64,000 nucleotides of DNA from Vicugna vicugna (taxonomy: Eukaryota): contig MU061579.1 of NCBI GenBank assembly GCA_013265495.1, positions 730,872 to 794,871 of the forward strand, read 5' to 3'. The notes below the pieces were generated by a model, which did not search any database, was not told the DNA's origin, and worked only from the letters and a program-made list of their open reading frames with translations. Within the stretch, counting starts at the first letter, position 1, and the number at the start of each line of letters is the position of its first letter. Made by a program: the position numbers and the translations under genes. Of this stretch, positions 11,576 through 24,133 are shown in pieces.

Positions 11576-14500
11576 CATATACAATATGCCTAGCACTGGG
11601 CTATGTGCATATCAATTGTTTTCATTGAATTTATTGACTAATGGAGGTTTAGATTTAGCAAACTCATCGTGGATGAGCTATATCACTTATGAATCAAAAT
11701 AGATTTCTCAGTTACAGCCAAAAATGCAAACAAGAAGTTGTAAACGGTAGATGGAATTCCATTATCAAAAGACTAGTTTCTATAACACACTTTATTATTT
11801 TTTATAACACACTTTAATTTGGAAGAGGAATATATAGAGTATGTGTAAAATAAGGAAAACTGTAATTTTTGGCATATAATACCCTAGTTTGGATTAAATT
11901 TCTCACTCTTGTTCCAAATGATATGAAAGTATTATCTTAATTTCCAAGGTAACTGTTTACAAATATAGGCAAATTAAAATTAAAATTAAATGTTCAAACA
12001 AATATATATATAATGTTTATTTTTAAGGTCTTGATTTCCAAGTAGTGACTTTTAAAATACAAATTGCATAGTTTATATTTGAGAGAGAAAATTTCAAAAT
12101 ACATTAACTAACTTCTTGGTGTTTAGTGACTGTGCTGAGTCCATTATAATAACATATATTTTTAACATTTAGGATATTTATATACAACACATTTATGCTT
12201 AGACATGTGGAATTTTGTTTGCTACCTAACTGCTAAGTGGATTCATATTTAAATGTAAATATCTTTGCCGAGTGCAGTGTGTTGAAATTACTAATTTTCA
12301 TACTAGACATCTTAAAATTTGCATGTATAATTGCACATTCCTTCATGTAAATAAAAACTTATGTTTTTGCCCTCTTGGAAAAGGTATTTATGCATTTATC
12401 TATGCACACTCAACGTGTATGCAAACACTTGGATTTACATATATACATATTGATTGTGTTTATATACCTATTGGTTTTATATAGTGCACTCTACACATTT
12501 TATTTTTAATATGATAAACATTGTTATGCTCGATCCTCATCAAGTCTACAGAAAGTAGGCTTGTCATTTGGTCCATAGTTTCTGAATTTTATGACTATTC
12601 TATCTATTGAGTACATAAGGGGTATTTCTTTTAAATGGTTTACAAAATATCAGCTATTTAAGGGCTCAGAAATCTTATTTGGTGGAATGATACTAAAATA
12701 ATAATTATGTATTTAGTACATATTTAATATAACTTTTATGAAAAGGAACTTATTTGGGTAGGATAAGTTAAGGACATTCTTAAGCCTGGATACTATTCAC
12801 TTTCAGCTCTGCAGCAATATGAAGGGATGACACAGAAAACTGCTGTATATATTATGCATAACCATGCATTCACGCAGAATTTCCCACTCACAGATGCTAC
12901 CTGGGACATGGAGTATGTCACAGCTATTTTGTACTCAATTCTTTTTCTAACTATAAAGGCTTGGTGTTGTCATGATACATATTTAGCTTCTGAGATTGAT
13001 GGATTGCTTGAGTGAACAAGATTATATGGCATTTTTTTTTCTTATCCGAGTCAATGTTTTCCTCAATACCACGAAGTAAATTAAAATAAAGTGTTTAAAT
13101 CTACTGCTTATGATAAAGAGGACCAAATCTCATTCTAATAAATGTGAAATACAGCTTGTCATGTTCCTTTCACTCTGTAGAAATGCTACCACAGGGCTTC
13201 GCCAGTTAAGTCTAATATGTTGACATTTATTTTTGCTGCAATAAATGTTAGGATTATATTTTTGCATTAAATTCTGGCATTTTTAAAGATCACGATGACA
13301 AGTAATTTATTCCTCAAATCACTCTGGTTTGTTTTTACTTTTTGAATATGGATTTGGCCGTGTGTCTCCAAGGCACAGTACAAAGCATATTTCATATGTT
13401 TTGCAACCTATTAGTTTGATTTAAATCCACTTTTTCCATCTGGATTTACGCAAGCCTTCCTTGATGTTATTTGCTCTGAATTATTGCCCAGAAATAATCA
13501 CACCGAATCCAATTTTACACTGGCTGTGTGGCTTACCAAGCTTGTCACTGTAAAGCTTGAAGGCTTTTATAGTTTGTTTCAATGAAGGCAATTTCTCAGA
13601 TATTCTATATATTAATATGTAATATGCAGTTTTGACAAACATTAAAAAAATTTCCCTTACCTGTTCTTAAATATGGAATAAATGATGACATATCTTAGAA
13701 TCATGACAGAGAGTAGAAAGAACAACACATAAAAATAATGTTTTTTGCATATTCGGTATAAAACCTACATATAATAGATTTGGTCAATCTCAGTGACTTG
13801 AATCGAAACCTCAAAGATAAGTAATGTAGTGTCAGGAGCACTGTTTCAGTTCTTTTGCACTTTAAAGATTTATTTCTTTTAGTAATACAGCAGCTAAAGG
13901 AGAATGTAAATTTGAAATTCATCTCTTTTCTTTGCCATATTTTTAAAGGCCTATCTTTCCTTAAGCTGAATGAGGAGTGAAATAGAACATTTTTCAAAGT
14001 AGATAATAAATCTAGATAATCCAGCAATAAAACTTTGTCTTTTGCTTTTTCTCCTCATTGGTAGATAGTTTTGGTCTATATCCTTTAGGGGGAAATAAAA
14101 AGAAAAAAAAAAATAACCTCGATTCTACCTATACTTAGTCATTGGTTTTCACAGATCTTAAGAGAAAACCTGAAATGTTGAATAAATACCCCTTCTAATA
14201 GAAAGCTGAATTGTTTTCTGAATTTTCAGCCTTGTATAAAAACCCAGAGAATTTCCACTGGCTAGTTTTCAAAGGCAAATGTGTGGATGGTTGCTCACAT
14301 CTATGTGCCTAATTTGCATTCTGACCACTTGTGAGAAAGTTCAGACTACTTAAGATTTGCTAACTAGAAACATACAAGTTGGCCATCTTTCCTCTCTGGA
14401 AAATAGGTTTTTTTTATCTTGTGATAAGTTTACTTTTTGCCTCTCTTGCTGCATGATTAGAATCAGAATCTATATTGAAGAGTTTTGAGAATTAATTCAA

Positions 14501-15239
14501 GTATTTTTAAAAATACCCCTCAAGGAAAAGAAAAGAAATATGTGTGCTGAAAAATGGTCTAAATCACAAAACCAAATTATTTATTTGGATGAAGTAGCTC
14601 CGTAAGGTAAAATGTATAGCAATCTTCTGGACACTTCTAATAGGGATAAAATTTCATGATATTGAGGTAAAATATACACAGGCAAAGTGAAATGGATAAA
14701 TGAGGTAATTATTCATGTAATTCTAGACTAAAAAAAGCCTCAGCCAAAATATTTAGAAAACTGAGAAAAATTTCCCTTGCCTTATTTAAATAATTGCCTT
14801 AATTCTCCTTTCCATCTATTTACTATGGATAAAAGTACCTTTTTTGGTTAAAATAATTCTAATTACATTGTTAGAGAATACCAGGTAAATAATTATTCCA
14901 TTTAGTCATCACATATCATTTGGAGATTATCATTTAAACCATTTTGCCTCCACACACCTTTCTGCATGATAGAGAAAAATTGTTGTATTCTTTATGGGAA
15001 CTTTTGAAAGATTAGCAAGGTAACTGTAGGTAAACTAGGGCATCATAAGGAACACTATATAAACTATAAGTAGTGTATTGTATTTTGCTTTACTTAGAAA
15101 TACAAACTTTTATACACATCCAAATTTTTATGATATAAAATTGTTAAAAATTTAATTCATTTAGTGGCAAGGACTTAAAATCATTTTCATACTAAATCTT
15201 TAAAACTTTGGATAATTTTCATATGACATTCAGATATCT

Positions 15240-16012
15240 GATATACCCAGTATTTTCATGGTTTATCCATGTTGTAACATATATCAGTGCTTCATTACTT
15301 TTATTGTTGAATTGTATTCCATTATGACATTACACCATATCTTACTTATCTTATGCATTCATTAGTTAATGGATATTTGGGTTTTGTTCAGTTTTGGCTA
15401 TTAAGACTAATGGATATTCGGGTTTTGTTCAGTTTCTAAAAACATCAGTGTTTAAGTTTTAGATGGGCTGTGTTTTCACTTACCTTGGATGCGTATCTGG
15501 GAGTAAAATTGCTGGACCATATAGCAACTCTATGGTTAACATTTGGAGAAACTGTCAAACTGTCTTCAGTACAGCTTCACCAGTTTAATGAAGGCCAATT
15601 TATTTTCCTTTTTTTTTTGTTTTGTGCTTTTGATGTCATATCTAAGTGGCTCTGTCTAACCTCAGTCAAAATTTATGCCTACATTTTCATCAAAGTGTGC
15701 TATAGTTTTTATCCTTACATTTATTTCTGTTGCCCATTTAGAGTTAATTTTTGTGTGAAGTATAAGAGAGGCATCCAACTTTACTCTTTTGCATGTGAGT
15801 ATTCAGCACTACTCTTTTCCCCTCCCAATGATCTTAGTATCTCATCCTTGTTCAAATCAACTGACCACATGAGTATAAATATTAATTTCTGGATTCTAAA
15901 TTCTGTGCATTTATCCATGACTACCCTTCTGTCAATACCACACTTTCTCGATTATTGTAGCTTTGTAGTAAGTTTGAAACAGAGAAGTATTAGTTATCTA
16001 ACTTTGTTCTTC
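15240..16012 (-). mobile_element. Old L1M fragment (ORF2 3' end and 3' UTR, internally deleted)
   Basis: ggtttatccatgttgtaacatatatcagt, gagtaaaattgctggaccatat, gagttaatttttgtgtgaagtataag and gattattgtagctttgtagtaagtttgaaac. This explains the 205-aa antisense ORF at 15470-16087. Confidence 0.85.
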
Positions 16013-16084
16013 ACTGGGAAGCTTGCCTACCATGACCCTAAGCCACCATTCCCAAACAAAATAAGTATTTTAGTTGCTCAGGTA

Positions 16085-16470
16085 TGAGAGTCAGAACCAG
16101 TGGTTTAAAGAGTGTATCAAAGTTAAAGAAGTAAAGAGAGCTAATAGAGATGTTGTAGCAGTCTGACTATAAAAAGATGAAATAACAGTTTTAGGGGCCT
16201 GAGGGACTCAAAATGGTTTCTATTTTGTATTTTTTTATCATAGGGTAGTAGCTTGAGTGAGTTTAAATCATAAGAAAGATCTAGATGCAAGGCAGACTTA
16301 AGGGAATTCATAAGTTTAGTGGCCCAAAGTTGAAGTAGCAGTGAGCTGGTGACTTCAGTTTTCTGTGTGAATGATGAGAGATGACCACCTGCTGAGAGAT
16401 GGGGGTAGAGAAGAGTCAAGGCTTGAAGGTGGAATATGGAGAAAATTTGAAATTGTCAAGATGGTTAATG
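16085..16470 (-). mobile_element. L2 fragment
   Basis: Purine-rich, L2-antisense-like sequence (ggtgacttcagttttctgtgtgaatgatgagagatgaccacctgctgagag). Confidence 0.4.
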
Positions 16471-17766
16471 AGACAGCACCTACAGGAAAATGTAGTCACA
16501 CTGGAATTTAACTTTAGAAGTACAGCAGAGGCTGATAAATATAGATTCAGGGTCGCATTGATTTAAATACTTTATCTGCAAGCCCATAATTTACTTGTTT
16601 GGCATTTTCTGAAAACGTGTTGAATATTTGAATAGGATTTTCTCTCAGTTTAGTAAAATAAAGAATTTGTTTCTTCTCTAATATGAAAAAAGAAATAACT
16701 CTGAGTCAGAATGCATTTTCCCTAGCTGTACAATTAGATTGTTTTCATTTAAGTTTTTGCATAGACTTATGAAGTGCAGACCTAGCGTGGATGGTCATAA
16801 GTAAGTTATGCTTAGGGTAACGTCCTACACTGGCAAACTCTCATTGATCTAACACCTTTGGTAACATTTTTCAGGATCACAAATGAATCTTTGTGAGCAG
16901 TGATTCAGATGTGAATTTTCAATATGACATCGTTGTCTGTGGATTAATGGTAATTGTTCCTGACATCTGTTGAATTATAGTATCTACTAATGAAAATATT
17001 TTTACTTATTGCCTTTCTTCTATTGTAGTAAAGAATGAAATTAGTAACCCCCGCTATCCTTCTCATGATGACTGGCAAGTAAAGGGCATAGTCTTGTAGT
17101 TGACAGTGAACGAATTGCCTCTTCTTCTTCCTGAGGGCAGTTGGGGCATGATACTTTCTTACTTTTCCACCAAAGAGGAATGGGTAAATCTCTTACAGCT
17201 CTGTGATTGGATTCCATTTGTATAAGGTTTGTCTGTCAAATTGATACATGATATGACAAGAATCAGAGCCATCTAAATCTTTACACCTAGCTGAATTAGT
17301 GCTTCTCTTATATCTAATGATCTCACAGTCTGTCACAAATGAACCCATTACAACCCACTTTGAATTGTTCTACTGTGACTTCTAACTTTGCTTTCAAATC
17401 TCACTTTAAGCCCAAATATTATCTTTCTATCTTATGGGCAATAAATGATGTGTAGGTTGGCATAGCATAAATCAAGGGTAACTTGAGGCTCAAAAACTTG
17501 AAAATGAGATTGCCTCAAGAGAGAAATTAACAACCTAATAATGTATATGATCAGTGACATATAAATTCTTCTGAGTGTGACAGAATAGCTGCTGGGAGGG
17601 AGTAAACCTTTGACTTATTAACACATCCAAAATAAAAGTGCCACAATTAAAAGAGATTTGATGAGGAGGAAGGGGATCAAGTAAATGATTTGGCCATTTG
17701 CCCAAGTATATAGACCATTGAATTTGGAGGATATATGTTGGAAGTTTTGCTGATATCAATGATGTC

Positions 17767-17975
17767 TACTAACATTTATGTATTGCATAACTTGTTCCAG
17801 GTCCTATTCTAAGGGCTTTATGAAAATTACTTTATGTGATGCTCACAATAGCCCTATGAGGTAAATTTTCTTTTTAATCTTACTTGGCAGACAAGGAAAC
17901 ACAGGACTTGGGGATTTTAAGCAATGGGCCCAACATTCCACAATCAGTAAGTGTTGGAAATGAGATTGAATTCCA
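17767..17975 (-). mobile_element. MIR SINE
   Basis: actaacatttatg...ctcacaatagccctatgaggta...gacaaggaaacacagg...cagtaagtgttggaaatgagattgaattcc. Confidence 0.75.
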
Positions 17976-20151
17976 TAGCCCCTCTCTCTCTAACCATTTC
18001 TTGTACTTGGTAAGGTGAAGGGTGATGGGGAGGGAGAAGACTTTGTTTTCCCATTTTCATCTGTGAAACTTGACTGGAAATTTTTTATTCCTAACTGTTT
18101 TTGACTCTGGTGAGCATCAACTGAGAAATTGTACAAGGAAAACATTTGCTCAAATATTGTGTGGCTTTACATCTCAGAGCCTCTTGAACCATTACTCAGC
18201 AAGTGTTACTTGTTAATACCCTGGAAATTCACTGGTAGAGTAATAACGTGCTTTCAAGACCACACTGACATGTTAGAAAGGATAGTATGATTTGAAGGTA
18301 TATATCAGAGAGGCGATCAGTACAATAGGTAGTAACGCAAGTGTGAGGAGTGTGACCTTAATGATGAATCTGGTGCATGAAAGCAAGTAGCCAAATACCC
18401 ACAAGTCAAGGGGTGTGCTTGTGAAGTCTGGTAATTAATGAGACCTGGAGCTACCATGACTATTGCTACCTGTAGTTGCTTCAGAGGACAAACCTCTTTA
18501 CACTTCTGGGTATACTTAATTTATAAATAACACAAGTATTTGTGGACACACTGATACTTCCCTCTAGAATTGTCAAATAGCCACACAATTAGCTGTGAAT
18601 GAATTATTAAGGTTTTCAGACAATGTTCTCTGTGTGTATGGGAATTAAGGTAATTGCATTTTCCTTTATAATTCTTCATCCTTTACATGTTAAGCTTCAT
18701 ATAGGTTTAATTAATATTTAAATTTTGATTTGAATTACTATATTATGTTTCACTCAATCTCCTGCTAGTTATTAAATTACTTGAGAGGAATTAGCAACTG
18801 AGATTATTTGCTGTTACACATCCACAGAAAATAACTAGATTAGTGCTTTCCAACTCTTTTTTAATCATGGCACATATGACAAATCTTTATCATGGTGCCT
18901 GGAAGAAGGCGTCACTGCCTTTGGGACTGAGGAAAATAATATCTGGGTAGATCACTATATTGTGACTCAGTGTTTGGCAAACTGTGAGAATGGTGGCAGT
19001 ATTCATTTCAAAGAATAGTTAGTGAGTCACAATGAGTTAGAAACTTACAGAGTCATTGACATGAAGAGGCCAAAAAATAATGTTTTTATTCCTAGAAAAC
19101 TGAATATAACCTTGTATTAAGTAACCCTTTCAAAGTCTTCTTCAAATTAAAATATTTACTTCTGACCAAAAAATATAATCTGTTTTGATCGACTTCAGTA
19201 TGTCTATGGGAACTTTTGTCCTAGCTTTGGTGGAAAAATCTATTCAAGGGAAAATATAGGATTTCTTTATCAAGGAACATGGATTAACTCTAATATTAAA
19301 ACTAAACAAGCCTATTACAAAAGAAAATTTATCTACCAATTTTTAACATAGATAGATTCAAAATCCAAATACCTCACGTTTTATAAAAAGTGGGTGAAAT
19401 TCATTGTGTGAGGATTTGGGAAATTTCTTTAAAAAAGTTTAATTAACTGTAGGCAATATTTTGCACTCCATCCATTTCCTCATTAAACTTTACTTATTTA
19501 TTTATTTGCATGAAATACAGATGTGATGATTGGACCTCTAGTATTCACTCTGAAACTGTGAGACAGCAGAATGGTAAGATAAGAGAAAGAGACATTCACT
19601 CCTTCATCCAGTCAATAAATATTTTTGATACACCTATTAGATTAAAACTTTGTTATCAAGCACTATGTTACTCCAGATTTGTGGGATTCTTCAGTGAAGA
19701 AAACAGACAAAATTCTTTATCTACATAGAATTGTATTAAATTGATGATAAATAAAATGGAAAAAAATAAACAAGAAATTATATAGTATGTTAGAGAGTAG
19801 TAAGAACTAAGTAGAACATACAAAGCAGTGATGAAAACAGTAGTTTATTGGGTGGAAAGGGAGTGCATTTTACTTAGGGTTGCCCAAAGCGCCTTACTGA
19901 AGAGTGATTTTGAGAACAGACGTGATCCCATGGGAGAGAAAGTCATCTTGCTATTCAGAACAAGACCTTTTTGGGAAAAGGAAAGAGCAGAGGCAAAAAC
20001 CTGTGATAAGAGAGGTCTGGGCATGTTTGAGGAACCTTAATGAGGCACCTGTAGCTGGATAGAGAAAACTGGGAAGAGAATTATAGAATTAAAGTCAAAA
20101 CATTTATAGAAGCCAGATTTGGTAAAGCCTTGTAGGTCACAGTAAGATCTT

Positions 20152-20510
20152 TGCTGTGGCTTGATGTTTGGGTCCCCTCAAATTCAAATGTTGAAATCCT
20201 AATCCCCAATGTGATGGTACTCTGAGGAAGGGGAGCTTTGGGATGTGATTAGGTCATGAGGGTGGAGCCCTCATTACCCAGTTTAGTGCCCTTATAAAGG
20301 AGACCCTAGAAAGATCACTTGCCCCTGCTGCCATATGAGGACACAACAAGAAGATGGCTATGAGGACGCAGGCTCTTGCCAGACACCGAATCTGCTAGTG
20401 GCTTGAACTTGGGTTTCCTAGCTTCAAGACCTTGAGAAGTAAAATTATTTTGTCTATAAGCTACCCAGTTTGTGGTATTTTTGTTACAACAGTTCAAATG
20501 TACTAAGACA
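20152..20510 (+). mobile_element. MLT1A-type MaLR solo LTR, full length
   Basis: TG...CA termini (tgctgtggcttgatg...tactaagaca), hallmark gattaggtcatgagggtggagccctcat and ccagacaccgaatctgct. 5-bp TSD atctt (20147-20151) / atatt (20511-20515). Confidence 0.9.
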
Positions 20511-21614
20511 ATATTGACTTTTAATGTGTGTGGGATGAAAAGCCATTGGAAAAATTTTAGCATAATGTTGGCTTGATTTGACTCACACATTAGTATAATT
20601 TTTCTGGCTACTGTGTTGATAATATGGGCAAAGGTACAAACTGGAAAAACTAGTTAGGGGTGTATGGAAATAATTCAAATGAAATTTGGTAGAGAATTGG
20701 ATTTGGGTGGTATAGGAGGGCTGGTGAGAGGTGGTGGAATTCTGGTTATATCTTGATGGGTCATCCTAAAGATTTGCTGAGAAACTAGATACAGTGTGAA
20801 GAGAGAGAAGGTGGAGTCAAGTATGACCCCCAACTTTCTGATCTGGAACAACTGGAATGGTGGAATTTCAATTAATTCAGATAAAGAAGGTAGTTGAAGA
20901 AGCATGATAGACAGGAGAGGGAGCACATCAGGAGGTCAGTTATGGAAATGGTTAAGTTTGAGATGCTAATTATATGCCCAAGTGTGAATATAAAGTTGGT
21001 ATTGGAGTTTTGTTCTGTGAAAGTCTAAGGAGAGATCTGCACAGACATACGCATTTGAGAGCCAGCCACGCGTGGATGGTCATTGATGCCATGAGTCTGA
21101 ATGAGATGACCAAAAGAACAGATGTAGATAGAATTGTTTTTTTAAATGCAAAGACTTAGACTTCAAGTAGATGAAGAAGAATCCATAAAAGAAACCAACA
21201 AAGAGGAACCAGTGATATGATAGGAAAACCAGTAATGTAGTGTGCTGGAAACCAAACAGAAAAGAATGTTCATGTGTGTCACTTTCTTCAGATTTGGAAA
21301 ACGGCCATTTGTTTCAGCAACATGGAGGTCATTGATGGTCTTTGGATAAAAGCAAGTTCAAAGGAGTAGGAGATTAAAAGCATGACTGGAGTGATTTTAG
21401 GAGAATGTTGAAAGCAGCAAGTACAGAAAACTACTATAAATTGTTGTGCTCTAAGAGAAGGGAGACAAATGGTGCAGTAACTGGACTGGAATGTGGGATC
21501 TAGGAAGAATATTTTATTTATTGGAGAAACACGCTACATTTAAATATTGGTGGCATTGATTCAGGAGAGAGCAAAGAGAAATAAATTTCCATAACAAATT
21601 TTTTTCCTTTTTTT

Positions 21615-21700
21615 TTAAGTTTTAATGTGCAAATGGATCACATGAGGACCTTGTTAAAATACCAGTTCTAATTCAGTCACCTTGGCGACAGCCTGAGAAC
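21615..21700. mobile_element. MER5-like (hAT-Charlie) fragment
   Basis: aatgtgcaaatggatcacatgaggaccttgttaaaataccagttctaattcagtc...gcctgagaac. Confidence 0.55.
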
Positions 21701-21721
21701 ATTTTTATGTTGCTGTTGTTG

Positions 21722-21722
21722 A

Positions 21723-21771
<49 letters not shown>
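21722..21771. repeat. (TTA)n microsatellite, probably the L1 A-rich tail
   Basis: About 16 perfect tta units directly abutting the 3' end of the minus-strand L1. Confidence 0.95.
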
Positions 21772-21774
<3 letters not shown>

Positions 21775-23732
21775 CTTTTTTCTCCTTTTACCCATTTCTT
21801 CCATCCCCCCTACCCCCAAAATATGGCAATCACCAGAAGTGTTCTCTTTATCTATAAGCTTATTTCTGCTGTTTGTTTGTTTTAGATTCCACATATAAGT
21901 GAGATTGTACGGTATTTGTCTTTCTCTGTCTGACCTTCTTCACTTAAAGTAACACCTTTGAGGTCCATCCATGTTGTTACAAATGGCAAGAATTCATTCT
22001 TTTTATGGCTGAGTTATACTCCATTATATGTATACACCACATATTCTTTATCCATTCACCTATCAAGGGGAACTTAGGTTGTTTCCATTTCATAGTTACT
22101 GTATATAATGCTTCAGTAAACATGAGAATGCATATATTCTTTCCAATTAGTGGAAATTTTGGTATCTTTGGATAAATACTCAGTAATTGAATTACTGGAC
22201 CATATGGTAGTTGTATTTTTAATTTTTTTGAGGAACTTCCATACTGTTTTCCATAGTGGATGCGCCAATTTACATTCCCACAAGCAGTTCACTAGGGTTC
22301 TCTTTTCTCCACATTCTTACCAACACTTGTAATTTTTTGTCATTTTGCTAGTAGCCATTCTAACAGATGTGGAGTGATATCTTCCTATGGCTTTGATTTG
22401 CATTTCCCTGATGATTAGTGATGTTGAGCATCTTTACATGCAACTGTTGACCATCTGTATGTCTTCTTTGGAAAAATATCTATACAAATTCTCTGCCCAT
22501 TTTTTAAAAATTGGATTGTTTGTTTTTGCTACTGAGTTGTATAATTTTTTATATATTTGAATATTAACTCCTTGTCAGATATATAATGTGCAAATGTTTT
22601 TTTTTCATTCAGTAGGTTGCTTTTTCAATTTTTTGAAGGTTTCCTTTGTTGTGCAGAATTTTAGTTTGATGCAGTCTCACTTGCTTAATTTTGTTGCTTT
22701 TACTTTTGGTCTCAGACAGAAAGATCATTGTTAAGACTGATGTTAATGAATTTACTGCTTATGTTTTCTTTTAGGAGTTTTATGGTTTCAGGTCTTAAAT
22801 TCAAGTATTTAAGCTATTTTAAGTTAATTTTTGTGTATGGTGTAAGATAGTGGTTGAGTTTCATTCTTGCATATGGATGTCCAGTTTTCACAACATCATT
22901 TATTGAAGAGACTATCATTTCCCAATTGTGTATTCTTGATTCCTTTGTCATAAATGAATTGACCAAATATGTGGGTTTATTTCTGGCATCTTTATTCTGT
23001 TCCATTTATCTATGTGTCTATTTTTATGCCAATACCATATTGTTTTAATTACCATAGCTTTGAAATACAGTTTGAAACCAGGAGCATGATGCATCCAATA
23101 TTGTTTTATTTTTTATCAAGATTGCTTTGGCTATTTGGGGTCTTTTGTGGTTCCATACAAATTTTAGGATTATGTGTTATATTTCTATGAAAAATTTCAT
23201 TGGAATTTTGATAGGAATTGAATTGAATCTGCAGATTTCTTTGGGAAGTATAGACATCTTAACAATACTGATTCTTCCAATCCTGAGCATAGAATATCTT
23301 TTCATTTATTTCTATCTTCTTCAGTCTTTCATTAGTGTTTTGTAGTTTTCAAGACACAGATTTTGCATTCCCTTTGTTACATTTATTTCTGGATATTTTA
23401 TTCTTTTTGATTCAATTGTAAATGTGATTGTTTTTCTTAATTTCTCTTTCTGATAGTTTGTTACTAGAGTATATAAATGCAACAAATTCTTATGTACTGA
23501 TTTGTATCCTGTCACTTTACTGAATTTATTAGTTCTAACAGTTTTTTGATGGCTTCCTTAGGGTTTCTGTATATAACACTATGTCATCTCCAAATAGTGA
23601 CAATTTTAGTTCTTCCTTTCCAAGTTGGATGTCTTTTATTTCCTTTTCTTGCCTAATATTTCTGGCTAGGACTTCTAATACTATGTTAAGTAAATTGGCA
23701 AAAATGGGAATAATTATCTTTTTCTTGATCTT
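21772..23732 (-). mobile_element. L1 ORF2 3' half and 3' UTR (non-inverted part of a 5'-inverted insertion)
   Basis: Continuous antisense L1 (tagattccacatataagtgagat, gatttgcatttccctgatgattagtgatgttgagcatc, ggctatttggggtcttttgtggttccatacaaattttagg). Minus-strand ORF fragments such as KLNHYLTPYTKIN are ORF2-like. Confidence 0.95.
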
Positions 23733-23734
23733 GT

Positions 23735-24133
23735 CTTATACCCTGATGCCAAAACCAAAGATGCCACAAGAAAAGAGAATTATAGGCCAATATTCTTGAT
23801 GAACATAGATGGAAAAATATTCAACAAAATATTAGCAAACCAAGTTCAACAATACAATAAAAAATCATATAACATGATCGAGTGTGATTTATTCCAGGGA
23901 TGCAAGGATGGTTCAACATCTGCAAATCAGTGAATTTGATGCACTACATTAAAAATTATGGATAAAAATCATATGATCATCTCAATGGATGCAGAAAAAG
24001 TGGTTGACAGGATTTAACACTCATTTATGAAAAACTCTTAACAAAGCAGGTATAGAGGGAACACACCTCAACATAATAAAGGCCATATATGAGAAGCACA
24101 AAAGTAATGTCATATTCAAGGGTAAAAAGTTGT
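23735..24133 (+). mobile_element. L1 ORF2 reverse-transcriptase segment, inverted relative to the adjacent L1
   Basis: ataccctgatgccaaaacc...aattataggccaatattcttgatgaacatagatgg...attccagggatgcaaggatggttcaacat (NYRPISL / IPGMQGWFNI region). Confidence 0.95.

Noticed and set aside
13701..14027. 108-aa minus-strand ORF with an internal acceptor-like site
   Set aside because: Unrecognised, with K/L/F-rich composition typical of random AT-rich DNA.
15470..16087. Longest ORF in the window (205 aa, + strand)
   Set aside because: Antisense reading of an L1 fragment; F/L/S-rich with no protein-family signature.
16874..17078. Two short AG...GT-bounded segments
   Set aside because: The first has stops in all frames, and the second has a weak donor and an unrecognised 16-aa peptide.
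21673..21898. Poly-Asn and poly-Leu ORFs
   Set aside because: These are translations of the (TTA)n microsatellite and the L1 3' UTR.
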